From Basidiobolus meristosporus CBS 931.73 (lineage: Eukaryota; Fungi; Basidiobolomycota), in the NCBI GenBank assembly GCA_002104905.1, contig MCFE01000216.1, forward strand, positions 62,348 to 126,347: a stretch of 64,000 nt of DNA. The letters run 5' to 3'. Position 1 is the stretch's first letter. The number at the start of each line of letters is the position of its first letter. A model generated the notes under the pieces. That model was not told where the DNA came from and searched no databases. It worked only from the letters and a program-made list of their open reading frames with translations. Of this stretch, positions 48,194 to 60,837 are shown one piece after another. A program made the translations under genes and the position numbers.

Positions 48194-51109
48194 GCTGCAT
48201 TTCCGCTAAGCAAGATTGTAATGGTGCCGTTCAAGAGAAACCAGCCGCCGCTCCCTACCGGTTATATAGGTAAATGATGGAGTAGGTGAATGCCCGCCAT
48301 ATCTCCGCGTCCAATGTATTTGTCTAGATGAAATGATTGTTGTGAACGGCGTGATCATGCTTTCCTAAACCGCATTGAAAGCGAAGTGAGACACAAATTA
48401 GAGGCTTGGGGTGTAGTAACCCGGTATTAAACTAGTTTCGTAATTGGTGCGGGAAGCCTAGTGGCAAATGGGAAGAAACAAACAAAGAATATTAAAAAGA
48501 TTGGGTTCCGAACTGTAATCCATCTATAGCAAATATCATCTTGGGTAGGACAAACCAGGCGATTCCAGGGTTTCTACTATGGTAATCTCTTGTCACTATT
48601 ATCAATCTTCAGCAAAATATTATCTGAGTGATCGTCCGAGGTAAGAGCTATGTTGAGCGATGATCAGCCAGATCCTGGTGCCGACTCTCGGTATTAGGCT
48701 ACTTTATTATGTTTCAGTGGCAATCCACGTGGAGTATAATGGGCTGGCTGTGTTTCTCCATTAGCTCAAGGAATTGTGGAATAATGGGGTGTAACATTTC
48801 CTCAAGTAACGATGTGTAACATTTAACGAGGCAGCGCTATAGTAATGATCACCAGAGTAAGTTGCCTATAGTCACAACCAGGTTGGGGGGACTACCATGA
48901 ATGACTCTATTTGAAACTGCAATGGTTGCCTTGATTCAAAGAAAAGGGTCAGCTTGTAAAGAGAATGTTCGCTTAATATTGAAGGCTGACGTAATTGAGG
49001 CCCTAGTATTTCATATCCACGGGAAAGTTGTAGAACGGACTTTGATGTAGTTTGTTACTTCTCTTCAATTTCACGCAACATTACTTCAGCAAACCCTAGA
49101 TACCACATGCTCACCAGATGTGATAAGAAAGGCGACTAGTATACGAAAACAACCACAAACCAAAGTACGAATTTCCTGCTTGGATTGTCTATGTAGGATG
49201 CCTTTAATGATTCCACCTAAACGGCCGGATACCTTGTACGTAGTTAGATCATCAGTATCATGCATAGAATATTCACATTATTGGACCAGCATGGAATACA
49301 GAGTCATTAATTAAAGCCACAACAACCAGTTTGTCACCATCATCATGGCTAGTATTAAGCAAGTATTCTCAGGGTAACAATTGATGTGTAAGCCCCAAAT
49401 ATGATGTAGGTAGTTGGCCAACATCAATCCAATGTGTGATATGATACGTCAATTACGGTGATCCATGCATCTATAGATTGACGGAATGGTTATCGGACAG
49501 TTGTGGTGATAGGTAAAATGCACCGTTACAATCTATAGCGAAGGGTGGGTGTAGGTAATATGTGTTGGACATATTGGGGCAGTGTGAAATCAGTGGTGAT
49601 TAGCGTTCGGTAGTGGTACAACTCTTCGTCCTCACTGATGTTAATCGAGATCGCTAGTATGATCGGGTGTTATTATCGCACAATTCGGTGAAAATCCGTT
49701 GGACCGAACTATTAATGCATTTGTATGTTTTCCAATAGAGGTTTTAAGAATAAGTATCCTCATATTGTGAAAGAAGCCAGAGTATTTTCAGCTATCAATC
49801 ATGTGTTCGAAGCGTATTGATGCTGTTTCTAGCTAGTTAACAATCATGTGTCTTCGAGGGTACTGGTGAGACAAGAATAACGAAGCATTTGTGATATAAT
49901 CGTTGTCTAACGCGAATCTTTATATCATTCTTGTTTACGCTATAGCATCATTCCTAGATAGCATACTAGTTCTTGCCTAGACTCGTGATTTATAGTTATC
50001 TATTTTGGACGATGTGAAGTACCTTAATTGAGACTATTCACTTTGGAAAATATTGGCAGTCACCCAAATGTCGTGCTCTGTAGTAATACGCATACTATGC
50101 TGCGACTCAACATCAAACTTCCCACAATTCCGAAGAATATGCAACATGAATAACGTCAATATTTTAATAAAGAAATATTTGGTCAATAATCATGAAGAGC
50201 TGTTGAAATCCTGAAAAGATGAATCCTTTGGAAGTATCCGAAAAGGGCACAACTGATTCTTTTACATGCTTTCTTCGCAACACACTTCCAACGTATTCTG
50301 GAGGTTTCCCATGGGGATCTATAATCCAAGGGCATACTCGACATATCCATATTAACATGATATATATCAGCATGAGAGTAGGAAATGTAGACTAACCAGT
50401 AAACACTTTTATTATCCAAATTGCTGAGAATATTAAGTATTCTCAAAGATGTCATGGACACATTATTGGACAGAGATGTTGAATAAAACTAGTGGGTTGT
50501 GGCTTACCGTAATAGCGGTGTTATAAGGTACCAAAATCTTATGTTCTTACTACATCTATTCGCGTCAAGTAATATGCGAATTTTTGCCTTTGGAAAGCCT
50601 TAGTTCTAGTAGTGTGAGTTGAAGTAAAACCTGCTGATTAATGGTAATTTGGGCTAGCCGGTGATAGGCACCTCTACTATTTTGATCAATTCCTATAACC
50701 GTCTGCATCTTCCACATTACCAGTGTAAGCAAACACAATCTAATCTTGACTACGAACAATTTCTCCCTCGAAGACGCAAACTTTGGTTGATCACAGAGCT
50801 ATGAATAGGATCCCAAGCACGCCATGGAAGAGTAGATTGAAAACCTGTCTCGTGTGTCACGAAACCCACAAACTCGTATTTCGGTATGATGATGCCAACA
50901 AAAAACAACAAAGCCAATTGTGCATTTGGCCCAAGAAATTGCCTGCTTTAATCAGGGTATGTTTGAAAAATTGCCGCAGGCCAATAAGATTAAGAGTAAC
51001 TTGTAAGTACAATGGTTACACTGGTAGTCAAGGTACATCGGAGAGGGAAATTCTAGAGGTAAAGTACAGGAGTTTGGTATCTACGGGGAACATATCGGAT
51101 TGCTTCGCT

Positions 51110-52949
51110 CTACTCCTCTTCTATTTTACTATCCGAATTGACTCTTTCTTTGCATTTTCTTACTTCTTCTGTCCAGTTGGTGAACAGAATAGCTGCCCCT
51201 TGCCCAACTGAAACTACAACTAAGGCAGTCAACAATCCCCACCATATGCCTGCCAAACCCATCTCTCGGACGAAGGCAAGGTAATATCCAATGGGAAAGG
51301 CAATTAGGTAGTAGGCCGCAATGTTGACATACGCTCCAACTTCCTGCTTACCCTGACCACGGATGATACCACCAGTGACGCCACCCAATCCGTCAAATAC
51401 CTTGTGTAGGAGTTAGATCATTATCGTGCTACCTTATGTAATCCGAATAGTGAACTTACCTGGAACATAGCACCGATGGGAAGAACGGCTGCTACGAGTT
51501 TGATGACTGCCTCGTCATTGTTAAACAAGTAGCCCCAGACATTTCTAAGGGAAAACAAGAGTGTGGAGTTGAACAGACCAAACATGATCGCCAGGAGTAG
51601 AGAGCAGTTGGAAGACAGTCTAGCATGGTTAGCTCTGCTGGCACCAAGTAGGTTCCCGATTCTGTTACTACAAGCAATACTAATGCCTAAAAGGGAAGAG
51701 CGTTAGCCAGCTATCAGCCGAGAGTTGACTACAAAGACATACCCATTGGAACAGTGTAAAACATGGAGCAGGTGGTAAGAATGATCGACTGAGCAGCCAA
51801 TGAAGTGGTTCCGAAATACGCAGTAGCTAGAGCAGACACTTCAAAGGCCCACCACTCGCAACAGATCATGACAGTACCTGGAAGGGCTGGAATAGAGACA
51901 AGTATGAATACCATTTTCAATCTCCAACAAGCCATAAAGATTAAATACCTAATTTGAGGAAAGGAGCCCATCCTTCCAACGCTTTTCTACTCCAACCACC
52001 CCAACAATCACCACCAGCAACGTATTTGGTATAAAGAATTAGAAGAACCAACATTAACATGTATGTACATGAAGTTGCCAAGGGAGCCCCAATGAACCCA
52101 AGATTGAATGGTTCTCCCCAAACGAACCAATAGTTCGTAAACATGTTCAAGGGGCTTGTAATTAAGAGTACGTAGGTGCTAGCATGCATAATTCCTACAG
52201 GGCCATATACGCGTTATTTGAAAGCCCCAAAAAGAAAGCTATTTTCATTCTTACCTTGTGCTTGTAAATATCTCTTAAGACATTCGAAGCAAACAAACGG
52301 GAATGCGCCTGGCAACAGATATCTCATAAATACTCCAGAGAGGGCGGCCAGCTCTGGGTCTTGGTTTAGCCAGAGCAGGAGATATTCAGCATTCCACCAA
52401 AGATAAGATATGGGAGCAAAGAGTAAAAGCATTATACAAAGGGCTCGCTGGAGGTAAATGCCCAAAGCATGAGGATCATCCGAGCCAGTGAAGGCCTGGC
52501 TGCCCAGAGTATCAAGTGCAGTTGAAATCCCGATGGACACGGACCAACAAGTTACGGCTGCGTACATACTCGCAAGGGCGGAAACAGCGAGTTCTGATAA
52601 GCATAAACACGAGGTAAGAAACTAATGAGTAACGGATGAATCAGAAGTGAAATGTACCGGTGGGTCCCTGTGAATTAACAAGAATCAGTATCCAGAACGA
52701 ACGTTAGGTGACACAAGAGGGTGGACTTACCAAATGGCCAAGAGAAAAGACACTGGCCAGTTGGATAGAGCTTTGAAGTAGGTATGTAAGAATTACTGGA
52801 GCCGAAAGCTTTAGGAGAGTCCAGATTTCAGACTTCCATGCCTTTAACTTTGGGTATCTATCAATATCATTTGCCAAGTTACTAGGTAAAAGTGGAGTGC
52901 TCTCGCTCAGAGAAGTAATCTTAGATTGAACGATATTGTCATTGGCCAT
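51110..52949 (-). CDS. MATE (SLC47/Erc1-like) multidrug and toxin extrusion transporter, multi-exon
   Basis: LLKLSAPVILTYLLQ; ALDTLGSQAFTG; GIYLQRA; CLKRYLQAQG; LGFIGAPLATS; MICCEWWAFEV; RIGNLLGA; GIIRGQGKQ.VGA.VNI.AYY.IA.PIG. Confidence 0.92.
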
Positions 52950-54514
52950 TTTTGTAAGGATTTTGAGCTAAAGGACGGAGGCAAATTGTAACTACCAACT
53001 ATTCCATTTATATACTAATAGAAATGAGGGCGAAAATTTTGCATATAATAGATACATTCATTGGACTCAGCGAACGTGAATATCTGTGGGCTACTGTATC
53101 GGTTATTGTATCGCCTAATGTACAGATGGGAAATTCCAGGTATGACTAATACTGATTGATACTCCCAAGCTTAGTGTCACACATGGCTCTGTCTCGCCCA
53201 TAAATGGTAGCAAATAATAATCTCCAAACCGGCATTTATCCACTATTTCCTTGTCACTTTTCTCCGCTTTTAGTTGACAAAGGCAGCAGTGGAAGAGATT
53301 TGAAAGCCTCAATGCCTGCGGTTCTGAGACTACTGCTGAAAACGTTCAGAGATATACTTTGAAGCTAGTAATACATAATGTTAGATCAGCTGATATGATT
53401 TTTGTTCATTACCATAAAATTGGAACAGTATCCATATTGAGAATTTGTGCCAAGAGTAGCTAATCATGATTAGATACACGCTACAAGATATCTGTGATTT
53501 CTCTACTGGTTTAGAAGTGTGCTCAAGTGGTCCTTTATAGAAATGTGCAACTGGGGAGGTTGGCGTATGGTATCCGTTGGATTCATGGACGTTCGGAGTA
53601 AGCCCTCGGAATATTGTCACCTGACAGAGACATTAATCATACTGTGTTGTTTGCTTCAAGCATTGGATTGTTCACTACTGGCAATAATGCCACCCAAGCA
53701 CATATATTTCATAGTTTACAAGTTTTTGAATAGCTTACTCTCATAGGTCTGTCAGCATGGAGCTTATCTTGGAGTTGACCAACATTTCCACTTGTTGGCT
53801 TATATATTATATACCAACTCTGTATATATCTTCTCATATTCTTTAACCACACATTTCTATAGCTAGTTGCTCAAAGCGGGGGGGGGTTCTGTCTTTTCAA
53901 TGTTTCTACAATCCTGAAGAATTAGAAATATTCTCTTATATCGACCTAGTATTAAATCGTAGTATGTGAATTGTCATGTGCTAAGCAAATTGTCTGCAAC
54001 ATAGATTGTATTTGAAACATCAAAATAAGTAAGATCTATCAAACTTGCCCGCATATCACGCAGTTCTAAAGGTAAGGAATATTCCAGCCCAATACATCAG
54101 CAATACAGCAATTTCTAACTCAATAGGTCCTATTGTTAAAGTGGGTACGGTTCGATCTTCCAAGAACGGGCGGATCTTGCTAGTCAAAATTAATCGAGTT
54201 TATTCTATTCCACTATATTCACATTTACACAAAAAATCTGCTCAATAGCAGCACACACCAGTCAATCGCTAGCTTCATTGGTAAGTGCCACTGGTGATGG
54301 CAAGGATCTACCACAGATTTACCATTAAAACTTTATCTTGGCGATAATTCGGCATCCAGAGTGATCTTTATCTCAATATAGAGATAATTTCAGTTGGCTA
54401 TGTATTGCTGTTTAGTGCACTGATCGGAATGCCTGCTGGTTACAAGCAGTTGTTGAATTTTCTTGAGAGCTCACTTTATGTTGCACTAGCATTTGTCCGC
54501 TTTCCCATGGATGA

Positions 54515-54531
54515 TTTCACGTGTATATGCA
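54515..54531 (+). promoter_or_regulatory. Conserved 17-bp E-box-containing element TTTCACGTGTATATGCA upstream of lipase copy 2
   Basis: Identical to the reverse complement of 8373-8389; followed by TATAAATAGT, also shared with copy 1. Confidence 0.6.
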
Positions 54532-54688
54532 TTTCAAAGGCCATGGCGGTGTTGAGGAACAGGAATTCATAGATGGTTGCGGTGTATCTCTTGCACAAGA
54601 AGGTAGCTATGAAAGAAGGTGCCATTTTTCAATATAAATAGTTTCGCTGGGATTTGTCCACAAACTATTCACTAGGGTTTTCCATTCA

Positions 54689-55744
54689 ATGAGACTTATT
54701 TCTACCTTGGCCTTCTGCTGTGCAGTTATCTCTTCGCTGTCTGCCGCTCCACTGGCCAAACGCGGCGGCGCTGAAGTCAGTGCTGAGACAAAGAACATGT
54801 TGATCCGTCACGGCAACTACGCTGCCGCCACTTATTGCTTGAAATCCAGTGTGTTGAAGTGGAACTGTGGTAGCCGATGTGAAGGAGATGTTCAAGTGAC
54901 CTCCTATTTTGACGATTTACTAAGCGGACTGGCTGGTTATGTTGGCGTCAACCATAAAGAGAAAACTATCATTGTAGCGTTCAGAGGGTATGGTCTCACT
55001 GCTTCTAATCAAGACACTTTAACTCACACTACATCTGTTAAGAACATCCAACATCCGGAACTGGGTTCACGATTTTGATTTCCTTCCGCTGGACTTTGCT
55101 TATCCTGATGCTGAAAAGGGAACCATGGTTCACGGTGGGTTTTTGAAAGCATTCAACAGCGTGTCTGAAGATGTTATTGCTGGATTGAAGAAGGTTGTGG
55201 ATCAGCTTCCTATCAATCCCGACGAATATGAACTTGTAGTGACTGGTCACTCTCTGGTAAGTCCACTTTTCAGTAGTCAGCCAGAAAATACGAATTGACT
55301 CGGAAAATATAGGGTGGTGCAGTTGCAGTCCTTGGTGCCATGGAGATCAAAAACCACTTACTGAATCCAAAGAGTCCTCGCTGCATTACTCCACCAGCTA
55401 AAACCATTAATCCTGAGAAAATCCTTGTTCGTACCTACGGCCAACCCAGAGTTGGGAATCCCAAGTTTGCCGCATTAGCATACAAGACACTTTCAAACTC
55501 CACCATTAGTGACAGCTTCATTCGTGTGACATCCAAGAATGATCCAGTACCACATGTTCCACCTGAGTCTTTTGGATTTTTGCATTCTCCACATGAGGTG
55601 TATATTCATTGGTTTACTGGCAAAACCATGAATTGTAATGATGCCGGAATGGCCGAGGATAATGACTGCATTCGTGGTTACCTTCCGGTGGATGTTATCT
55701 CCCATATGACTTATTGGGACCTTAGATTTGGCCCTTGGTGCTAA
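54689..55744 (+). CDS. Secreted class-3 lipase, copy 2; exons 54689-54987, 55043-55256, 55313-55744
   Basis: Paralog of 7062-8129 with the same intron positions and phases; GHSL|GG, NDPVPH and SHMTY triad motifs intact. Confidence 0.92.
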
Positions 55745-56293
55745 ACATTTGCCTTCCGCACTACATTTGCGTACCTCTCCAATAAACTAAATGTTACACG
55801 TTAATCCTGTGTCACCGTAAGTTGTGCAATGGGGACTATTTGTACTCCTAACAAGTGGTGTAAGTAAGTGTGAAGTTTGCGTTAAGTGGCAAAGCTTTTG
55901 CTCCGTTTGGTATGATGCCTTATATGCTGTATTATATTACTGACACGCTGCAGTGCTTCTGATTATTCATAGATACAAGCCTAAAACTTACTCTCGTGAG
56001 TGGATTCTAAACAATGAAATAACTAAGCTACTATAAGGTGCACTTGGAACGTTTTAGCTTATTATCCTAATGGAATGATTGTTTAAGAGAATTTAATCAG
56101 ATCAAATATCTTATATCCCCATGGCCCATGATTAAGTTTTCAAAAATAGGCCGCTATTGGTTTTTTGACCAGGTTGCTACATGAGAGTGAGTTGTCAAAG
56201 CTTGTGAAATCTCTATTGGAATTGGCACCAGTCATGTCATGGTTTGTGTCATTCATTGTCCCATCAGCAATGAATTTGATAGTATCCCATATG

Positions 56294-56625
56294 TGTTGTA
56301 AGAGTCTTGGAGATATTGGAAGTGATTGGGAGAACAAGTAGATTATGTGGTTTTCACTTAATGATTTATTGAATGTAAAAGTAGTATTTATACTTTTACC
56401 TGGTCTTGGCATTACAAACACGTAGAATAGGCTAAGGAAGGTCTCAAGAACATGTGTGCAAAGTTTGGGGCTGTTTGGACAACTTATCTAATTTTCATGT
56501 TCTGGGTAAATATTCTAAGTAAATCCCGACAAGGAATTTGGTCAGTATTCTCTAGGATTTGAGGGTAATGATCTAAGTGACTAAGTTAGGTGAATATTTA
56601 GGTGGAATTCCGAATTTTTACAACA
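56294..56625 (-). mobile_element. 3' LTR (332 bp) of a Ty1/copia element
   Basis: On the minus strand it begins TGTTGTAA immediately after purine-rich GAGTGGAG (PPT-like), which follows the pol stop, and ends TTACAACA (8-bp terminal inverted repeat); contains AATAAA. Confidence 0.85.
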
Positions 56626-56635
56626 CTCCACTCAG

Positions 56636-58330
56636 CTAAATGTTTATACTGACTAGTCCTAATTTTGACCTAAGATATTCAAACTTGTCTCTAGCTAATG
56701 GTTTGGTAAATATGTCTGCAATCATTTCATCTGTAGGACAGTAAACTAAGCTAACTAAGTTATTCTCTATAGCTTCACATATGAAATGCTGTCTAATAAC
56801 TATGTGCTTGGTTCTAGCATGAAAAGTTGGATTTCTACGTAATTGTATACATCCTTGATTATCTTGAAATAAAGTAATAGGTGTTCTTTGACATAGGCCT
56901 AAATCTGTAAAAAGCTTTCTTAACCACATTGCTTCTTTTGTAGCTTCACAGGCTGCCATATACTCTGCCTCTGTGGTGGAAAGTGCTACGGTTGGTTGCT
57001 TTCTTGAATTCCATGAAATTGCTCCTTTACAGTAAAGAAAGGTGTATCCTGTGGTAGATCTTCTGTCTTCCAAATTTCGTCCCCAATCAGCATCAGAGTA
57101 TCCCACAAGATCCTGTTCTGAATCCTTATAAGTGTATCTTAAGCAGATATCAGCAGTTCCTTTTGGGTATCTAAAAATCCACTTAACTGCTGTAATATGA
57201 TCAGATCCATAATTCTGATTATGTTGGCTGACAACTCCCACTGATTATGAGATATCTGGACGTGTTCCAAGCATGATATACATCAGACTGCCGACCATAG
57301 ATTGATAAGGAAAGTCAGGGCTTTCAGATGGCACCAAGTTCTCTGGATTTGGTTGAGTTTTGACCAAGTTAAGGTTTGTCTCCATTGGGGTAGCTGCCGG
57401 TTTACAGTCTTCCATTTTGTACTTCTTTAGTATATCTTGAATATACTTGGATTAGCTTAGGGTAATAGTCTGGGTACTTCTGTCTATGGAGAACTTAATC
57501 CCTAAGTAGTAACTAAGTTCTCCTAGATTGGACATCTTGAACTCCTTAGATAGGCTGGATTTAGTCTCTTCCAATGTTTCTAGGTTATTGGCGGCTATAA
57601 TAAGATCATCCACATATAGAGCTAATAGAACTGGATTTGCTCTATCTGGCTTATAATATATACTATAGTCAGCATTACTCCTTTTGAAACTCAAAGATTC
57701 CAAATAAGAATCTATCTTGCAATTCCAGGCTCTTGGTGATTGTTTGAGACCATATAGTGACTTTTTAAGCTTGCAGACCAAATGGGGGTTATCTTGGTCA
57801 GCAAACTCATCAGGCTGGTCCATATACATGTCCTCATCAAGTTCTCCATTCAAAAATGCAGTTTTTACATCCATTTGATGAATAAAAAACTTATATTTTG
57901 CTGCAATAGCCAATATTAATCTGATGGAATTAAACTTGGCTACTGGTGCAAAGGTCTCAGTATAGTCAAGTCCTTTTGTTTGAGAGTATCCTTTGGCTAC
58001 AAGTCTTGCTTTGTATCTTTCAATTGTACCATCAGCCTTGTATTTTGTCTTGAAGACCCATCTGCATCCAATTGATTTTTGGTTGATTGGTAATTTGACT
58101 TAGTCCCAAGTTTGATTTTCCATTAGGGCCTGATATTCCTCAGTCATTGCAGATCTCCAAAACTTTGTCTGAGGGCTATTTAGGGCCTCTTTTACAGTCT
58201 GGGGTTCATCAATATGGACTGAATAGGCATAGGCTAAGTTTGTACCCTCATTGATATAGTAATTTGGGCTATTTCTTGTCCGATTGGATCTCCGGGCATT
58301 TGAAACTGGAATGATCACTTCTGGGATATT
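56636..58330 (-). pseudogene. Ty1/copia pol fragment (integrase C-terminal linker, RT, RNase H), 5'-interrupted, three in-frame stops
   Basis: RYKARLVAKGYSQ..GLDY.ETFAPV, HQMDVKTAFLNG, LKKSLYGLKQSPRAW, YVDDL, YSDADWG, VALSTTEAEY, RTKHI.IRQHF, ADIFTKPL. One frame with TAA stops at ~58100, ~57452 and ~57250. Confidence 0.92.
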
Positions 58331-58980
58331 TAGGGTGTAGGTGTTATAGTAAGGGCTAGAAAAAGGCTAGAAGAGCAGGGGGTCTGGGGAATGCAGTCCC
58401 CTAGAGAATAAAAAAGCAGGGGGTTTGGGGAATGTAATCCCCCATACTACTCCCATACTGTTTAAATTCCCTTTGGATTACTTTTCTCTCATTCTTGGTT
58501 CTGGTCCCTTAGGGTTACAATGCCTCCTCCTAACCCTTATCACCCTAACCATAAATATTTTTACCCTTCAATTGGCACATTGTCTGGTCATATAGTGGGC
58601 ATGTCTGGGCTGATATTTGTCTCCCTACACATTCTCTATGCTCTGTATAGGTTTTGATGATTATTTATTTAATAAAATGTTACTTTTAATGCTATGAATA
58701 ATTATTTATGGGAATCATCCCAATCTGGCCAGAATCTCATATCTTAATAAGCTTTGGGCACCATAAATTGTGCAGCCCTAATATGATAAAAAATTCATGG
58801 CCATTGCAAATTTTCTGTAACCCAATTGCTTTTACCAAATTTAAAGTGTATCCCAAGTTCAATACATTTTATAGCTATAATAGAAACTTTGTTTGACACC
58901 ATTGCAACTACTACATGTTAGGGGAGAGACAGTCACCAACAGGTGAAATCTTTATTTCAGTTGAAACAAAGAAGCCAACA

Positions 58981-60837
58981 CTACTGTTGTAGCTTTGATA
59001 CAAGAGTGTGTAGCTGAGGGGAATTTGTAGGTAAGTTAATAAGAAGTGATGATAGTTCTTCAGTGCTCAAGACACTGTTCAGTGGGAAGGGGGGTAGCAA
59101 GTGAGGTAAGAATGACTTGTGAACAACATTAATGAGGGGAATGTGATAAGGATTGATATTCATCATAAAGGGAGTGTGTTGCTGCAGATATTGCTGCCAA
59201 AGGTCTCTCAAGTACTTCAGGTAGGACAGCTTGGGTTTTTCTGACTGCAGAATATAGTGAGCAAACTTCTTGACTTCAGGATCTCCAAGTATAGTTCTCC
59301 AGCAGGAGCCAGGTGTAGTGTGGTGTGTTCTCTTCCGGGCCTTAATCAATGGGTTGTTGCAGTGGTGAAGTTGGAGATATAATCCGGTTCTAAGGTAGAG
59401 AAGTCTGATCTTATAGGGCATAAACCCAAAAGCACCAAGAATAGTATGTCTGTAGGGGCATTCAGGCAAATGAGGCACCAAGGAGGTAATGCACCATAAT
59501 GCAAACTTGTCAAGCTTAGTGCAGTCTCTAGAAGTGAGAGAGAGAAGTGGTAAGCCAAATTCCAGGACAGGGAAGACAAACTGCTTGAGTAGAAGGAGGC
59601 AGCTGGGAGCTGAAGTTGTAGGAGGAGTAACAGCCAGTAGCTTGTGGAGTGCCTGTCTTGCCAGGATAATTCTCTTCTTCAGGTGTGCTCCAGAGTCTAG
59701 TCCAGTAGGAAGGAAAGGAAAGTCAAGATATGTAGCAGAAACCTGAGCAGGTAGAGTGGAGTTCTTCAAGTTGATGGGAGAGCCCAAAGGTACTGTCTTT
59801 GCAATGGAAAGCTGGAGATTATTCTTCTGCAGATACTGGTGGATGCTCTGGGAGTCTTGTTGCACATTGGAGGAAGATATTCTGATGTCATCAGCAAAGA
59901 GAGTAACCAGGCAGTCAGCTGAGAGTCTTGGGAAATCATTCAGGAAGATGGCAAACAGTATAGGACCAAGCACAGAGCCTTGAACCACTCCATTAGGAAC
60001 TGAGAACACAGCTGATTGCTCACTTGGGTGAAGAGTTCTTGCTTGTGGATCCAGAAACAGAGACCTGACAAGGAGGGTGAGAGAGGTACTGGAGAAGCAT
60101 TGCAGCTTGGACCAAAGCAGATTTCTGTCAACTGAATCAAAGGCCTTAGTAATATCAAACTGAACAGAGGGATACTTGCACTGGGGAGAGTGATCTTGGC
60201 TAAGTATGACTACATATTCCAAGGAAAGGCCAGGAACAAAGCCAAACTGTGCAGGGTGAAGCTTGAGGGAGTCAGAGTAGAGCTCCTGAGCAAGCAGAAG
60301 CTCAAACACCTTTCTGCAGGTGGGCAGCAGAGATATTGGCCTGTAGGAGCTAGGATCCAGGTGCTTTCCTTTGCCCTTGTACAGTGGCAGAACATTTGCA
60401 AAGGACCATTCCTCAGGAGTAGAAAGCTGGGCTGAGCATTGTTGAAACAGTGGAAGCAGCAGTGCAGACATGGCCTTGGTACTAGTCTTCAGAAGCTCAT
60501 AGGAGATTGTGTCCACACCTGGAGCAGTAGAGTTGGGAAGCCTCTTGAGCACATTATGGATTCTCCCTTGATCAAGTGCAAGTGGGATGGGCAGAGTCTT
60601 GAAGTCAGGATGAAAGCCAGGAGTTGAGTACTGCTTTGTAGAGAAGAAGATGTTAGCCAGCTGTTCTGTTAAAGGTAACTTCCTGGAAGAGGGCCTCATT
60701 GCCCTGTATAGTCTTGATACTGTTCTTGTTATAGAGTTGGAAGATAGCAGAGGCAAAGAACTCAAAATATGATCCCAGAGCTGAGTATGCAGAGTGTGGT
60801 GAATTGCCTTTGAGTGGTGTATGGCTGTCAGGAGGAG
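58981..60837 (-). CDS. Reverse transcriptase region of the LINE-like element
   Basis: APGVDTI, YRPISLLPTCRKVFE, QFGF, DITKAFDSVDR, GVVQGSVLGPILFAIFLND, LFADDI; in frame with the endonuclease region after a TAA at 60838-60840. Confidence 0.9.
   Translation of the reverse strand, partial: LLLTAIHHSKAIHHTLHTQLWDHILSSLPLLSSNSITRTVSRLYRAMRPSSRKLPLTEQLANIFFSTKQYSTPGFHPDFKTLPIPLALDQGRIHNVLKRLPNSTAPGVDTISYELLKTSTKAMSALLLPLFQQCSAQLSTPEEWSFANVLPLYKGKGKHLDPSSYRPISLLPTCRKVFELLLAQELYSDSLKLHPAQFGFVPGLSLEYVVILSQDHSPQCKYPSVQFDITKAFDSVDRNLLWSKLQCFSSTSLTLLVRSLFLDPQARTLHPSEQSAVFSVPNGVVQGSVLGPILFAIFLNDFPRLSADCLVTLFADDIRISSSNVQQDSQSIHQYLQKNNLQLSIAKTVPLGSPINLKNSTLPAQVSATYLDFPFLPTGLDSGAHLKKRIILARQALHKLLAVTPPTTSAPSCLLLLKQFVFPVLEFGLPLLSLTSRDCTKLDKFALWCITSLVPHLPECPYRHTILGAFGFMPYKIRLLYLRTGLYLQLHHCNNPLIKARKRTHHTTPGSCWRTILGDPEVKKFAHYILQSEKPKLSYLKYLRDLWQQYLQQHTPFMMNINPYHIPLINVVHKSFLPHLLPPFPLNSVLSTEELSSLLINLPTNSPQLHTLVSKLQQ

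Noticed and set aside
58325-58925. Interstitial telomere
   Set aside because: TTAGGG/CCCTAA hexamers are isolated, never in tandem arrays; kept only as a weak note on the LINE junction.
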